A stretch of DNA of 64,000 bases from Callorhinchus milii. Lineage: Eukaryota. The stretch is from assembly GCF_018977255.1 (NCBI RefSeq), contig NW_024704743.1:7008001-7072000 (forward strand). The letters run 5' to 3'. The notes beneath the pieces are model-generated. The model did not search any database. It had not been told where the DNA came from and saw only the letters and a program-made list of their open reading frames with translations. A program made the translations under genes and the position numbers. Shown piece after piece: positions 39,015-52,374 of this stretch (the first letter of the stretch is position 1; each line of letters opens with the position of its first letter).

Positions 39015-39283
39015 AGAACATAAGAACATAAGAATTAGGAGCAGGAGTAGGCCATTCGGCCCCTCGAGCCTGCCCCGCCATTCAGTAAGATCATGGCTGA
39101 TCTTCAGACCTAACTCTAATTACCTGCCCTATCCCCATAGTCCCTAATCCCTCTGTTTTTTAAAAAATCTATCAGTCTCAGCCTTGAAGATATTCAAGAA
39201 CTGAGCACCTACAGCCTTCTGGGGTAGTGAATTCCATAAATTCACTGCCCTCTGAGTGAAGAAATGTTTCCTCAACTCTGTTC
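39015..39283 (-). mobile_element. Young CR1 3' end, inverted relative to the copy at 39632-40770
   Basis: agaacataagaacataagaattaggagcaggagtaggccattcggcccctcgagcc; peptide RTELRKHFFTQRAVNLWNSLPQKAV. Confidence 0.92.
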
Positions 39284-39631
39284 TAGTAATGTAAGAAAAT
39301 AGAAACAGAAGGAAGTCATTTAGCTCATTAAGACCGCTCTGCCAGTTTAAAAGATTGTGGCACATATTTGAATCCTCTTTTTCTGCCTTTTCTCCATACC
39401 CTCTAATACAATACAAATTTTAATTCATATAGCGCCTTTCAAGTCGGGGGGGACATCTCAAGGCGCTGGACAGTCTAAGATTTGCACTCAAGCTGGGGAT
39501 GGGCAGTGAAGGAGAGAAAGTTAGCTGAAAGCGTGGTCAAAGAAAAAGGTCTTGAGGTGGACCTTAATACCTTTATTTCCCAAATAATCTATCTCCCTTT
39601 ATCTACCTTCACAAGGTTAAGGCCCACCGGA

Positions 39632-40770
39632 CACAAGGTTAAGGCCCTCGGGATAAATGGGAGCATATTAGCATGGATTGAAGAGTGGCTAACGGGTAGA
39701 AAACAGAGTAGGGATAAACGGGTCATTCTCGAATTGGCAGGATGTGACTAGTGGAGGATCAGTGCTTGGGCCTCAGCTATTTACAATTTACATCAATGAT
39801 CTAGACGAGGACATTGAATGTAACGTATCTAAATTCGCGGATGACACTAAACTAAGTGGGAGAGTAAGATCTGAGGATGATGCAAAAAGATTGCAACGGG
39901 ATATAGATAGGCTAGGGGAGTGGGCGAGTAGGTGGCAGATGGAATTTAATGTGGGGAAGAGTGAAGTTATTTACCTAGGTAGAAAAAATAGAAAAACAGA
40001 TTATTTTCTAGAGGGGGAGAGATTAGATAGTGTTAGAGTGCAGAGGGATTTGGGTGTCCTTGTACACCAGTCTCAAAACGTTAGTTTGCAGGTGCAGCAA
40101 GCAACTAAGAAGGCGAACGGCATGTTAGAGTTCATTGCAAAAGGTTTAGAGTACAAAAGTAGGGAAGTCTTGCTGCAACTGTACAGGGCCTTGGTGAGAC
40201 CGCACCAAGAGTATTGTGTGCAGTTTTGGTCTCCTTATTTAAAAAAGGACATACTTGCCCTAGAGGGGGTGCAGCGTAGATTCAATAGGTTAATTCCTGG
40301 GATGAGGGGACTGACCTATGAGGATAGGCTGAATAAACTAGGGCTGTATTCTCTAGAGTACAGAAGAATTAGGGGAGATCTTATTGAAACATATAAGATT
40401 CTTAAAAGGGCTGATAAAGTAAACACTGAGGGTCTGTTTCCCCTGGAAGGTGAACCTATAACCAGGGGTCACAGTCTTAAAATTAAGGGTCAGCCTTTTA
40501 GAACAGAGTTGAGGAAACATTTCTTCACTCAGAGGGTAGTGAATTTATGGAATTCACTACTCCAGAAGGCTGTAGATGTCAGTCCTTGAACATCTTCAAG
40601 GCTGAGACTGATAGATTTTTTAAAAAAATAGAGGGATTAGGGGATATGGGGATAGGGCAGCTAATTAGAGTTAGGTCGGAAGATCAGCCATGATCTTATC
40701 GAATGGCGGGGCAGGCTCGAGGGGCCGAATGGCCTACTCCTGCTCCTAATTCTTATGTTCTTATGTTCTT
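39632..40770 (+). mobile_element. Young CR1 LINE, 5'-truncated, with 281-aa RT C-terminal ORF (39744-40589)
   Basis: GSVLGPQLFTIYINDLD..SKFADDTKL..FFTQRVVNLWNSL; 3' tail attcttatgttcttatgttc. Nearly identical to 18493-19458. Confidence 0.96.
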
Positions 40771-41033
40771 TTAAACATACCTTTTGACTCTCCCGCAGCC
40801 TCCTGGAGTATTGAGTTCTCACAACCTTCTGAATAAAGAAATGTTTTCTGATCCAACTTCTAACCAATTTAGCGCTGATTTTAAGATAGTGCTGATCTTG
40901 GTGTTGCACTAAGATAAATAGACAAATGGTTGCAAGATAGCATTGAATTAACTGATCTCAGCTGAGCTTTACCCCACTCTGCTAAAAATTGAGATCAAGT
41001 GAGCTAAAGAGGATTCTTCACCCAAATATATAT

Positions 41034-41457
41034 GTATATTCTCTAGAATATAGAAGAATTAGAGGGGATCTTATAGAAACCTATCAGATCATCAAAGGGC
41101 ATGATAGAGTAGATAGTGGGAGATTGTTTCCACTGGTTGGAGAAACTAAAACCAGGGGTCACAACCTTAAAATCAGAGGCAGCCCTTTCACGCTGAGTTG
41201 AGGAAGAACTTCTTCACTCAAAGGGTGGTGAATGTATAGAACTCGCTATCCCAAAGGGCTGTTGACGCTCAGTCCTTGAACATATTCAAGACTGAGATAG
41301 ATATGTTTCTTATTGCTAAAGGGATTAAGGGATATGGGGATAAGGCAGGGTCAGGTTATTAGCTGGAGTTAGATTAGAAGATCAGCCATGATTGAATGGC
41401 GGGGCAGGCTTGAAGGGCCGAATGGCCTACTCCTGCTCCTACATGCTATGTTATGTT
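41034..41457 (+). mobile_element. CR1 3' fragment (related subfamily)
   Basis: YSLEYRRIRGDLIETYQIIKGHDRVD; tail gggccgaatggcctactcctgctcct. Confidence 0.9.
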
Positions 41458-42947
41458 AAATCACCCCTGTGATCTTCTGAACTTGTTCTTTACAATGGTC
41501 TCTTATTAAGCTTTGAAAAAGTTTTTTTTTTTCATTTATGTTAAATTTAATTTCATTTTCTGAGGGTAAGAACCAAAGAAGCAGGGAGACATCTCTCAAC
41601 ACACCTCCACATACCTACACTGAGGCAAGTCCAGGTCCCCAGTGCCTCCAATAAAACTACTGAACGTTCTTGTTTGAGGATTGCCGTTTAACCCGATTTA
41701 AGTTAGTCCATTCAGATCTTTTTTAACTCTACTGGATATATTTTCTAATTATAGACCATTTTTTTCCCACCACTGAATAAACTCTTACAGGCTTTATAAA
41801 ATCAGCCCTTTCATCCTGTACGCTTCCAGCTTTGTTAATGTAAGCTCCTGAATGAGGTTTCAGCCAGTGGATATTTTCTTGCTGAAGATATAGTTCAGAC
41901 TGTTGCTCTTTGAGGTCACGATCTACAGAGGCTTCCTGGTATGTTACCACAGGATAATGAAACTCCTGTAGTGAGTTTGTTTAATTTAGTCCTGTGACAC
42001 TTCAGCAAAGCCAAGGGGAAAGAAAACTTCAACTGTAAAATACACTACTGCTTCAGGCAGGAAGAGGCCTCGAATTTCAAACCTTTACTCTTTGGGTCGG
42101 CTTCAAAGAACTTTGAAAACTTATAATGTTGAATTAGTATTGATGAGCTGATGGGAAGTGAGCTCTGTGAATGGAAAATTACTCTAATTTAATAACCTTT
42201 TCAAAGAGTAAATGATGAGTCTCAGGGATGTAACCAGGATCTTACAGGTACGCCTGCACTGAGTTTGCGAGGCTAGCAATGAATGTGAATTGAAGTAGGA
42301 AATTAACAAGCGACCAATCACTTCACAACAACAGCATGCCTGGACTTTGTGGGGAAACTGCCTTCTCCCTTGGTTTGGATGATACAGGCTTCTTCAGGTG
42401 CAGAACGCTGCCTCCATCTCAGGCTGAGGGCAGGAAAAGAAAGTTTCACTTGCGCACATGTGCAAAGTCAACATTGGGTGCCTGGCTATATCTGGATTTG
42501 TGCTCCTTCCACCTCCCGAGCGGAATTCACAGGAAATGTAACTGCCAAAAGACCTTGAAAATGTTTAATAGACATGCATTTGTCAAACCTACAAACAGTG
42601 AATATTCACCATGTACCTTTACAATGAATAGTCACCATATAACTTTACAGGAGACTATGGATAGTCTCCCATCTCATGAGCAACTCCCATCTCATCAACA
42701 GACAGTAGAATCTGGCTGTTGTTTTTTCTATATCACCATTTGTATTTTTATAGCAGCATTTACATAAAATAATGTCTCAATGTCTTAGTGTTCAGGGTTC
42801 TAATGAAATGTTACCTCGGAAATGTTAATCTATTTTGCTCGTTCAATTGCTGACAGGTCTACACTTTCACTTTTATTTCAGGTTACGAGCATTCAGCTTT
42901 TAGTTTATTTTTATACATCCAGACAGACAGTGATAATTTTAGCACAA

Positions 42948-43790
42948 CCAACAACAGCAACTTGCTTTTATGTAGAGCCACTCACGTAAGATCATGTCTC
43001 AGAGGGGGAGGATGGAGGTGACCATATGCATAAGAGGTAGGTTTTTAGACAGGTTTTAAATGTAGATAGAGACGGGATGAGATGGAGGAGTAAAGAGAGG
43101 GGGTTCCAGAGCTTAGGCACGTAGTTGTTGAAAGCTTGGTCACCGATGGTAGCATAGAGATGCTAAGGCATGAAGGAGATTATAGATGAAGCTGGGTGAC
43201 CAATTTATAGATCTGGAGAGAGACAAGCAGACACTGGAGCCTGGCAAGGTCTGGGATGATAGGTGTGTGGAGTTTGGTGCAGGTAGCAGAGTTTTGGGAT
43301 GGTAAAACTAGGGAGGTCAGCAAACAGTATGTTTGAGAACAGCAACAACAACAATTTGCATTTATATATCGCCCTTCACGCAGGGTATCGTCCAAGGTCG
43401 CTTGTCAAGTTTGAGGTAACAAAGGCATGAATTGAGGGTTTTGGTTGATTTTGGTGTGATGTAGGGACAGAGGCAGACAATGTGGTGAAGATGAAGAAAA
43501 GCGGTCTTGGTCAGGGTTCAAATGGTGGGAAAGAAGGAAAGCTGAGGATCGATGCTAAAGTGATGAAGAGAATGGAGTGCTCCACAGTGTGAAAAGCAAC
43601 AGAGAGATCAGGGAGGAGAAGGAAGCAGAGGTAGCCTTGGTTGCAGAGAGAGAGTATATCATAGATGACTTTGTTGAGAGTGGAACTGGTCTGGAGGGGC
43701 TCGGGCTGGGAATGGAGGGAAAGGATATTGAGAGCATGACTTTGAGTGGTAGCAATATGTTCCAGGGCTTTGGGTCAATGGATAGTCATT
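42948..43790 (-). mobile_element. Cluster of degenerate L2 fragments
   Basis: Two (caa)n tails at ~42950 and ~43343; reverse L2 motifs cactggagcctggcaag and ggaaagctgaggatcg. Confidence 0.72.
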
Positions 43791-44954
43791 AGGTGAATGA
43801 CCAATTTATGCGGAGGATTGTTGGCCACTAAACCCCATTCAAATTGTGTAATAGGATTTTTAACATCTACCCGAGGACGGGCTCGACACATGGGACCTTG
43901 GTTTTATCCAAAGGATTGACCGCTTACAATGTAGTATTCCCCTGATACCAGAGCCAGCCCAGATTATGAGACCAAATTTGGATGTAGAGCTTGAATTTGC
44001 AACCTTTTCAAGACAGAATTAACAGTCTACCATCTCCAAAGTGCCTTCACTATCCAAAGTCCTGGAACACATTGCTGCCACTCTCACCTTTCCCAAACTG
44101 ACACCTAAAGACTGATTCCTTGGTCAGGGTCCCAGAAGGTGGGCAGTATCCATTCGACTATAAGACAGTGTGAGTAGGAGATGAGGGAGAAAATTGAAAA
44201 CAAGTTTTTTTCCCAAAATGCTGCAAATGCAGAATGCTGCAGTAATACAATCTGAGTTTATTACAAAGTTTAAACTAAATTACCGTGCTGGAAAATCATT
44301 AATATCACTTCATTTTGGACCATTGTTCATCCATAGTGATTAACCATCCATTTCCTATAACAAATTCTGTCATGAGTAAACAGTACATTAAGTGTCATGA
44401 TTTAAGTTTATCTGTAGCACTAAAACTAAATTGTAATTAATCATAGAACTTGGAATGTTTTTAAAAGGTTTTAAATATTGGAAAATGACAGAATTGCTTA
44501 AGGTAATTGAGCTCACTCCAAATAATTGGCTAAACTAGCGTAAGTTTACTCACCACCATTAAACATTTACTGCTGAGTTAAACACATATCTGAATATGCA
44601 GCCTAAAGCCTCTCAACGTGCCTTTACATACAATACAATTTTACATTTATATAGCGCCTTTCACATTGGGAGGACATCCCAAAGCGCTCAACAGTAATGG
44701 CTTGGTGTGAGCTGGGGGTGAGTGCTGAAGGGGGAGGGGAAGGATGACCGAAAGTGCCTTTCTCATTTGTGCAATTTTACACTTAATGGCAAATGTATAA
44801 TAACATTACACAAAATCTGAACTCATGGCCTATAATTAATAGTGTGATCTGTACAAAGGGATGTATGGACCGAAACTAAAGACTCCACCTGGTAACTCCA
44901 TTCAACACCCACTTTGTACAAATACTGAGGTGCACAAACTAAACAAAAGTGTAC

Positions 44955-45190
44955 TGTGTAGCTGAGCCATAAAGACCAGGTGAGACCAACATAAATTGTA
45001 TTGTATCTGTGCTAAACTACTTGATCTTCAGTCAGGGAGGCAATATGGGTGCCACAATTGACCTCAGTCCACCAGAGCTAGAGAGAGAGAAAAATCAGCC
45101 AGAGTTCTCACTCTTGATCACTATCGAGTGAGTCTGACCTCCCTCTGGTTAGAAAGACTATGTGTAGACATTAGATGAAGGGAGTGTTGC
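44955..45190 (+). mobile_element. Old SINE-like repeat (second family)
   Basis: tgctaaactacttgatcttcag...caattgacctcag...aaaatcagccagagttc. Related pieces at ~57855-58225 (split by a CR1 tail), ~48460-48800, and reversed at ~60-110, ~59780 and ~61670. Confidence 0.5.
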
Positions 45191-47351
45191 CTTGCATCAA
45201 ATCCATGTTTTGCTTGAGAGAGTGATGAGAAAATTGGAAAATGTCCTACTATCCTGGACTTTTATTAAAGAGCTTCTTTTTAGGCTCCTTAGGGAGACAG
45301 TGGAAGCAGAAAGTGTTGTTTGTTTCAAGAACAAATTAGATACATTTCTGCTAGAAAACAATATCTCAAGATACAGAATATAGTTTCGGACACGACATGT
45401 CAAGCGACTTCCAGGATGGTGGAAGGCGAACTAGATGAACCTTGATCTTCTTTTGCTGAGCAAATTCTTATGTTCGTATTCAAGCGCCAAACAAAAACCT
45501 GCCTGAAATGTAACAATTCTAACACTCATCTGCGGATGTGGTGCAATAAGTATCAGCAGGTGACTTGACTGGGTGGGTATGAAAGGCAATGCTGTCCTCA
45601 CCTGAGCACTGAAATTCTAGTTAAGCATTTAGTTAGCAACATTGATGAAATTCCTAATAGAGATCAACATTGTCAATGTGGTTACATGTAACGGCAACCT
45701 GTTTCTTTTTTTTTAACCTTTCTTTCAATGACAGAAACTGATACTTATTGTACCAGATTTTTGAGCACAGACCAGAGATCAAATGTGGGACCTTCCTGAT
45801 CTGTGTGACCCGTTAATTAAGCAGTTAATTTTTCCCACTGAGAACTTTTGGAGTAAAAACTTGAAAGTTGAAAAAGAGTCTTATTCACAAAATATACTAA
45901 AGCTGGCCATTATATCTCATAAATATCTGATGGGAATCATCATAAGGGCTACAGCACTCATCAGGGACATGTATCAATGTGCCATGGCTGGCATGTGGTG
46001 AGGATGGCCCTCAAATGGCTCATTGAGCAAATGTTCCATTCAATGATGTCCTGAGTTATGCTGATCAGGAACGCCCAAGGTTCAATCTCTGTTTTCGATA
46101 AATTGAAGAGTTATACTAAAGCACTGAGGCTGATACAGTTCTATAGAAATTCAAGGCACAGAAGGAAACTATTCTGTCCATCACCTATGTGATGGGTCAG
46201 GTGTCAGAGGTCTGCTAGGGTCCACATAGCCGTATCTCAACATGAATCACCATGTTCAGGAGAAGAGAAGGAAAAGAGCGGTGACAGAGATAAAGAATTT
46301 GAAAATTTGCCACTTGAATGTTTAAAGCTAACATGAAAAAAAGACATTCTGCATAATCGCTAGTTGATAGTAAATTAATGTGTTTCTCTTTATTGCGCAG
46401 ATGAAAATAGGCACCGTTTTAGCTTACCTTTCTTCACTTAGAAACCCACACGTAATGATTATACTGCCGTAATTTATCCTGTTTACAGTAGAGAGCCTCA
46501 TATTCTACCTTTTCCTGTGTTTTGATGTTGATGGCAAGATTCTGCTTAACCATGAAGGCGATCCCCTGATTTGTGGAATTTTATTTTTGTTCTGCATTCC
46601 TTCTGCTGTTTGCATCCATGTTAACGCTATGTAATGCCGATACCTTCCAGCAATTGGCACGACTACTGAGTACAATTTCGAACATGTCCTGTTTATCACT
46701 TTCATCGCTCTTGCTCCCTTTAGTCTTTGCCTTGTGCCTCTGAAAAATGCTGCAGTGATTTCTATCTCCCTTTGTATCTCCAATCTTATCAGCTCAATGG
46801 ACCATCTTTCATAATCATTAAACATGAGCTCCTCATACCTGATCCCCTTCTCATGCAATGCCTTTAGGTTCGTTGGAGATAGGCCAAGTACAGTATGATT
46901 TTAAAGCATCCAGCTTGTTAAACAGATACAATGCACACGGCTTCTGTACACCTTTGAAATAGACTGCAATGCTGGCAAATTCCATTCCTACTTCTATCAC
47001 TTACCTGTGACCGCTATGTAGATTACCATACAGTTTCATCTTATACCTTTGGATGAAAAGTTAAACTGAGATCCCATCTGCCTGTTCAGATAGGCGCTAA
47101 AGATCCCATGGCACCATTTGAAAAGAGAAAGAATTTTCTCCCAGTGTCATGGCCAACAAATCCCCCAAAGAAAATTGTTCTCTCTCTCTATTACTGTTTG
47201 TGGGACAAGCTGCCTGCCACGTTTTGCCCACAAAATACACAGTCAATCCACTTTACAGTATACCCTGTGAAGCGTTTCGAAACATTGCAACAACATGCTA
47301 AGGTGCTATATCAAATTCAAGAATTATTGTTATTAATAATTCAATATATCA

Positions 47352-47648
47352 TAATAATAATAATCCTTGCAATCCACCAATTGTGCACAGCAGTGTCCCA
47401 CAAACAGTCATGGATTGAGTCACTAAATTCTTGTTATTTTAAAAGGCATTTATTATTTTGAAGGGATTATTACCCCCACCGGAAAAATGATCAGCCAATC
47501 GACTAACACTCAGGTTCCTACTTACTGCTAGGTAAACAGAGGCGTGTGGATTAAGGAAACTTGCCCAGTGTTTTGCTCTGCCCGGGAATTGAACCCAGGT
47601 CCTCTCGCTTGCGAGGTAAGTGCTCTAACCACTAAGCTGCAGGACTCC
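47352..47648 (-). mobile_element. tRNA-derived SINE with deletion near the tail
   Basis: Head reverse ggagtcctgcagcttagtggttagagcacttacctcgcaagcgagaggacctgggttcaattccc. Confidence 0.87.
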
Positions 47649-47733
47649 TACAATGTGGTGGATTCGATAAAATAGCAGCGCTCAAGAATATGTTTTCCAA
47701 CACAATGATCATTCAAAGAAATACAACACAACT

Positions 47734-48061
47734 TAATAATAATAATAATAATCCTTGCATTTGATATAGCAGTTTTCACGTCGGGAGGACGTCCCAAAGC
47801 GCTTCACAGAACACACGGTAAAGTGAATTGACTGTATATTTTTTGTGGGCGAATGCGGCAGCCAATTGCGCACAGCAATGTCCCACAAACAGTCGTAGAT
47901 TAAAAATGACCAATTTATTATTGTTTTTGGTTTTGGAGGGATTATTATTAGGCTCTGTGTGGAGTAAGGAAACTTGCCCAAGGTTTCGCCCTCTGCCTGG
48001 AAGTGAACTCAGGTCTCTCGCTTGCAAAGCGAGTGCTCTAACCACTGAGCTACAGGACTCC
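47734..48061 (-). mobile_element. Young full-length tRNA-Ala-derived SINE with L2-type tail
   Basis: Head ggagtcctgtagctcagtggttagagcactcgctttgcaagcgagag and an (att)n tail. Short TSD-like actta at 47731-47735 and 48062-48066. Confidence 0.93.
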
Positions 48062-48504
48062 ACTTATTGTTCAAGGGAACTGCCTGACAAAAAGGACAAC
48101 AAATACCTCACATTCAACCTTTGTATAAATATGTAGACTTTATGCTCATTATGTGTGGGATTCAGTCTTGTTTGGATAATGTTAAGCATGTGATGTGTTT
48201 CCATATGTATCAGGCTGACAAAAAAAAGCTTAATATTTTATTAAATTTAAAATCAAGTAAAAGCAGCTTGTGGAAATGTGTAGTTAAATTACCTTCAAAC
48301 TTCAAAGGCCTTTCAGCCTCAAAATATCTTTAGTGGCTTGAAGCCAGTGATATTCTAGCAAGGCTCCTCTACTTGAACACAGATTCATAATGTAATGCCA
48401 TGTCAATCATAGCTTCTGCCCCCAATAGCTCAATCAATTGATCAAGGGACAAGTCAGTGTGGAACTGAGCTTCATAGACCGAGAAGTCCCAGGTTTGATC
48501 TACT

Positions 48505-48685
48505 TATGGCACAGATGTATTTAAGGGAAGCTAGAGAGGTACATGAGGGAGAAAGGAATAGAAGGTTATGTTTGAAGGATTAGTTGAGGAAGGGCAGGAG
48601 GAGGTTCATGTGGAGCATAAACACCGGCATAGACCAGTTGGGCCGAATGGCCTGTTTCTGTGCTGGATATTCTAATGTATTCTGT
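48505..48685 (+). mobile_element. CR1-type 3' end fragment
   Basis: gtggagcataaacaccggcatagaccagttgggccgaatggcctgtttctgtgctg; a decayed similar copy lies at ~4080-4245. Confidence 0.75.
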
Positions 48686-49491
48686 TGGTGCTGGAAGCTG
48701 ATCTCAGTTAGGACAGTAAGTTGAGATGTTAAACCAAGGTGCAGTCTCAGTCTTATTCTTCAGATAAAAATTAACATGCTTGGTGACGTGCTTGGCAATG
48801 CCAGAATCAAAAACAATGTCAACCCTCAACACTGCTAATGACAGACCAACCAGTCTAGCTCATCGGTAGCACTTGGACAGGCAGACAGCTTATTGGGAGC
48901 AGGAATTCTTCCCAATCAGTTCCTATTAACCATGCAAGCCAAATCTCTAGTGGGCAAGGTTGTCCGAGCTGGACAATCAGCGGGAAGCTTGCCAAACGAT
49001 GCTTTCAATGACAAGCTGTGCAGTTTTAGCTGGTTAAACTCCAGCAGTTCGCCAACTCCAGGGTCCCCAAGCCTTGTCTCTTGCCAATCGGAATCTAATA
49101 CTCTGTTGAATTAGGTAAGTAGGATAGTAAGCAGGATGTGTCCCTCTGGGGAGAGAGTACACAGTCTATTTCAAACATAGGAATTTGTGTCTGTAGGTGT
49201 CATGCATAGAGCTTAGTCTGGTTTGGATACATTCAGGCGTGGTGATGGGTTTCTGCATGCGTCAGACATCCAGCCGAGCAAAAAAAAAAGCTACAATACA
49301 GTATTCACTTCTCTTTCTTTCTATTATTTATCATTTGCATTTTGTTTGTTTGTCTTTCTCTTTCTTACCACTCACTTCTCCTTTCTGAAGGATACGCATC
49401 AAATCCATGAGCACTGCACCACTGTTTGGTATTCCTCTTAGAGAACATTATTGAGTATTTGAATGATCCCAATGGGCCCTGGAATTTATGT

Positions 49492-49835
49492 GGAGTCACG
49501 TAGTGCAGTGGTTATCGTGCTCACCTCGCCAGAGAGGGGACCTGGCTTTGATTCCTGGGCGGGGCAAAACCTTAAGGAAGTTGCCTTACACCTCACGACT
49601 CTAGGAACCTGATTGTTAATCAATTGGCAGATCACTTTCTGGGGGTAATAATCCCTCAAAAAAAAGTTGTTCACTCAATCCATGATTGTTTGTGGGACAC
49701 TGCTGTGTGCAATTCGCTACTGCGTTTTGCCCACAAATACACAGTCAATTCACTTTACAGTATATTCTGTGAAGCGCTTTGAGACATTTCAATGGCATGA
49801 TAAGTTGCTTTATCAAATGCAAGAATTATTATTAT
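49492..49835 (+). mobile_element. Full-length tRNA-derived SINE
   Basis: ggagtcacgtagtgcagtggttatcgtgctcacctcgc head through to the atgcaagaattattattat tail. Confidence 0.87.
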
Positions 49836-51387
49836 ATATTCCACATATGAAATGGTCTCAGTCGTTCCTTGCCCATATAGGTATTTCACCTCCGCTCACC
49901 TACAAAAAAATATAGAGTTGCTACACTTTAAAGTAAATCCTGTGAAGCGCTTTGCGAAGCCCTCTTCATGTGAAAGTGCCATATCGAATGCAAGGATTAT
50001 TTTTCCTTCAGGAACCTTGTGAAAAATGGGAATTACCTTATAAGAGCACTGACTGAAACCTGTTATTTTTTATGGAACACAGAAAGGGTCTAGTTACAAT
50101 GTACATAAAATCAGATTCTCCAGGGATTGAGAACTAAGATGTGCGAGAGGTGTTCTTTGATGAATGGATGGAAAGCTGTCTGTCTGGGGCAACTTCGGAA
50201 TTCCAGTTTTCTTCATTTTGTGAATCCTGACAGAACGAAACTCAAGAGATAAATATGAGTACGGTGGATTATTGTCAACTTGATTTAATAATAATCCTTA
50301 CATTTGATATATCGCCTTTCACATTCAGTGGACATTTCAAATCGCATCTTAGGAATATACTGTGAATAATAATAATAATCCTTGCATTTGATATAGCATC
50401 TTAGCAGGTTATTGAGATGCCTTAAAGTGCTTCACAGAATATACTGTAAAGGCTGTGTATTTTGATACACAGTGCCTTGGGATATCCTCCCGATGTGAAA
50501 GGCGCTATCCAAATGTAATTTGTTGTTGTGGGCAAAAGCGGCAGCTAATTTTTTAGTCCCACAAACAGCCATGAAGACTTATCGATCCAATGTGCCACTG
50601 GGAGAGAAAAGAGCAAGAAAAAGTTGCCTACTCCAAAGGTGATATCTAGGAGAGTCACATAACTTTCCCTTCCATTCAGAGATCAGACATATAAAAGACT
50701 ACAATGAATATTGGACCGAACAATTTGCATCAATATAATAATCTTAAAGTACTTAACACTTTAATGGGGAGAATCAAACAAGGAGAAAAAATGAGAAGAC
50801 TGAAAAAGGGGAGGCAAAGTGATTTTAGAGGAGAGTTCCAGAGGACAGAGATATAATCACTAAAGGCTCAGTCACCAACGGTGGATCAGATGAATATGTC
50901 AGAATAACCAGTCCTAAACTGACACAAATCATCACAAAAGTGTCTGAAAACAAAAACTATCTGATGGATTCAGCTCACAGAAAAAATGCAGAATTGTGGG
51001 TATGCCCTGAACCTCTGGAACTCCCTGCCTGATACCCTCCACCTTGCCCCCTCTTTACCCGTCTTCAGATTGCACTTGAAGGTTTCCTCTTCGACCGTGA
51101 CTATGGTCACTTGCCCTTTCTCCCCGGATCAGTGTCAAACAATGCCATTGTTCATTGTTCTCTCTTTGATGCGCAAAAATAGTGAGGTGGCAATCACAGC
51201 CAGGCTGTGAGTGGGGGACTGGGCACCTCCTATGGGCAGAGAGAGTTAGAACAAGCTAACCTGCCCAATTCTGCCCAAGGAGGTCATCATCCAAATATCC
51301 AGAAAGGATTGGGCAGGACCTGTTTGTGAAGGGATAAAGGGATAATCATTTATATGTTCTATATACTTTCAAACTGGAAATACTTAG

Positions 51388-51540
51388 ATACACACACACA
51401 CGTACACACACACATACAAACATAAATATATGTACACACAGGCGCATACACACACACACAAACACACAAAGGTATAAAATCTGAACACACACATTCATAC
51501 ATACACATAAATCTACACATACAAACACAAGCACTCACAT
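51388..51540. repeat. Degenerate (CA)n microsatellite
   Basis: Interrupted cacacaca/catacaca runs. Confidence 0.9.
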
Positions 51541-52374
51541 TGTTCTTGAGAGTTTGATTTACCATGTGTGCTGTTCCTGAGAATATAATCGCCTTGTTTT
51601 ATTACATGTATGGTATCCTTCACATAAGAGAGCTTTGACCTTTCTGAATTCCAGCTGGTGATTAAACCCCAGAAGCAGCAGTTTTAAGGGAGGTATTAGA
51701 CAGCTTCCATACAGACAGGGTGACCTTTTCAAAGGGTCAAGCTATTAACAAAATAAAATGGAGATGGAAATCTTTCACTACAGGATATAACTTGCTTTTG
51801 GAGTCTGATATTGCCACTAGTAACCAAAAATGCTTGCATGCATTTCTTCGCAGAGCAGACAACTTCCCACTTGATTAAATTGGAGGAGTGAAGTGTACTG
51901 AGGGTAGGCCATGCTGTGGTATTTAAATTAACATTTGGCCATAAGGAAATGATTGAGACCATCCCACAGAGCAAAGTGAGATCTAAAGATTATCTCAGGA
52001 AAGCTGGATATCTCAGGAGTGTCATAGCCACAGATGAATCAGGTCTCGGTCCCAGTGACAGAACTCTCTGATTTCATTAGACTCTTAAGAACTTCCCTTT
52101 CTATTTAGTAAATGTAAGACTCTGGTTTCATTGAGCCTTCAATGAGCCAATGCTATTTAAAGTCATTGATGAAACATTAAACCCAGATCCTGTCTCCCAG
52201 TTCAGGAAGACTTTAAAGCACCATTGGAAAAGAGGAGGGAGTTTCTCTCTGTCTCTTGGACAACAATCCACCAGATATATCTACGTGTGGTACTTCAAGG
52301 TTCTGACCTCCCCAAATTCCAAATTAGAATAACCAAGGCAAATCTTGGTGCAACATAGAATTGCCACCTATTAC

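Noticed and set aside
39744..40589. 281-aa reverse transcriptase ORF as a host gene or active element
   Set aside because: It is a 5'-truncated CR1 lacking the endonuclease and the N-terminal RT, with a near-identical sister copy at 18493.
51346..51565. Cys/Val-rich minus-strand ORFs
   Set aside because: These are translations of a (TG)n microsatellite.
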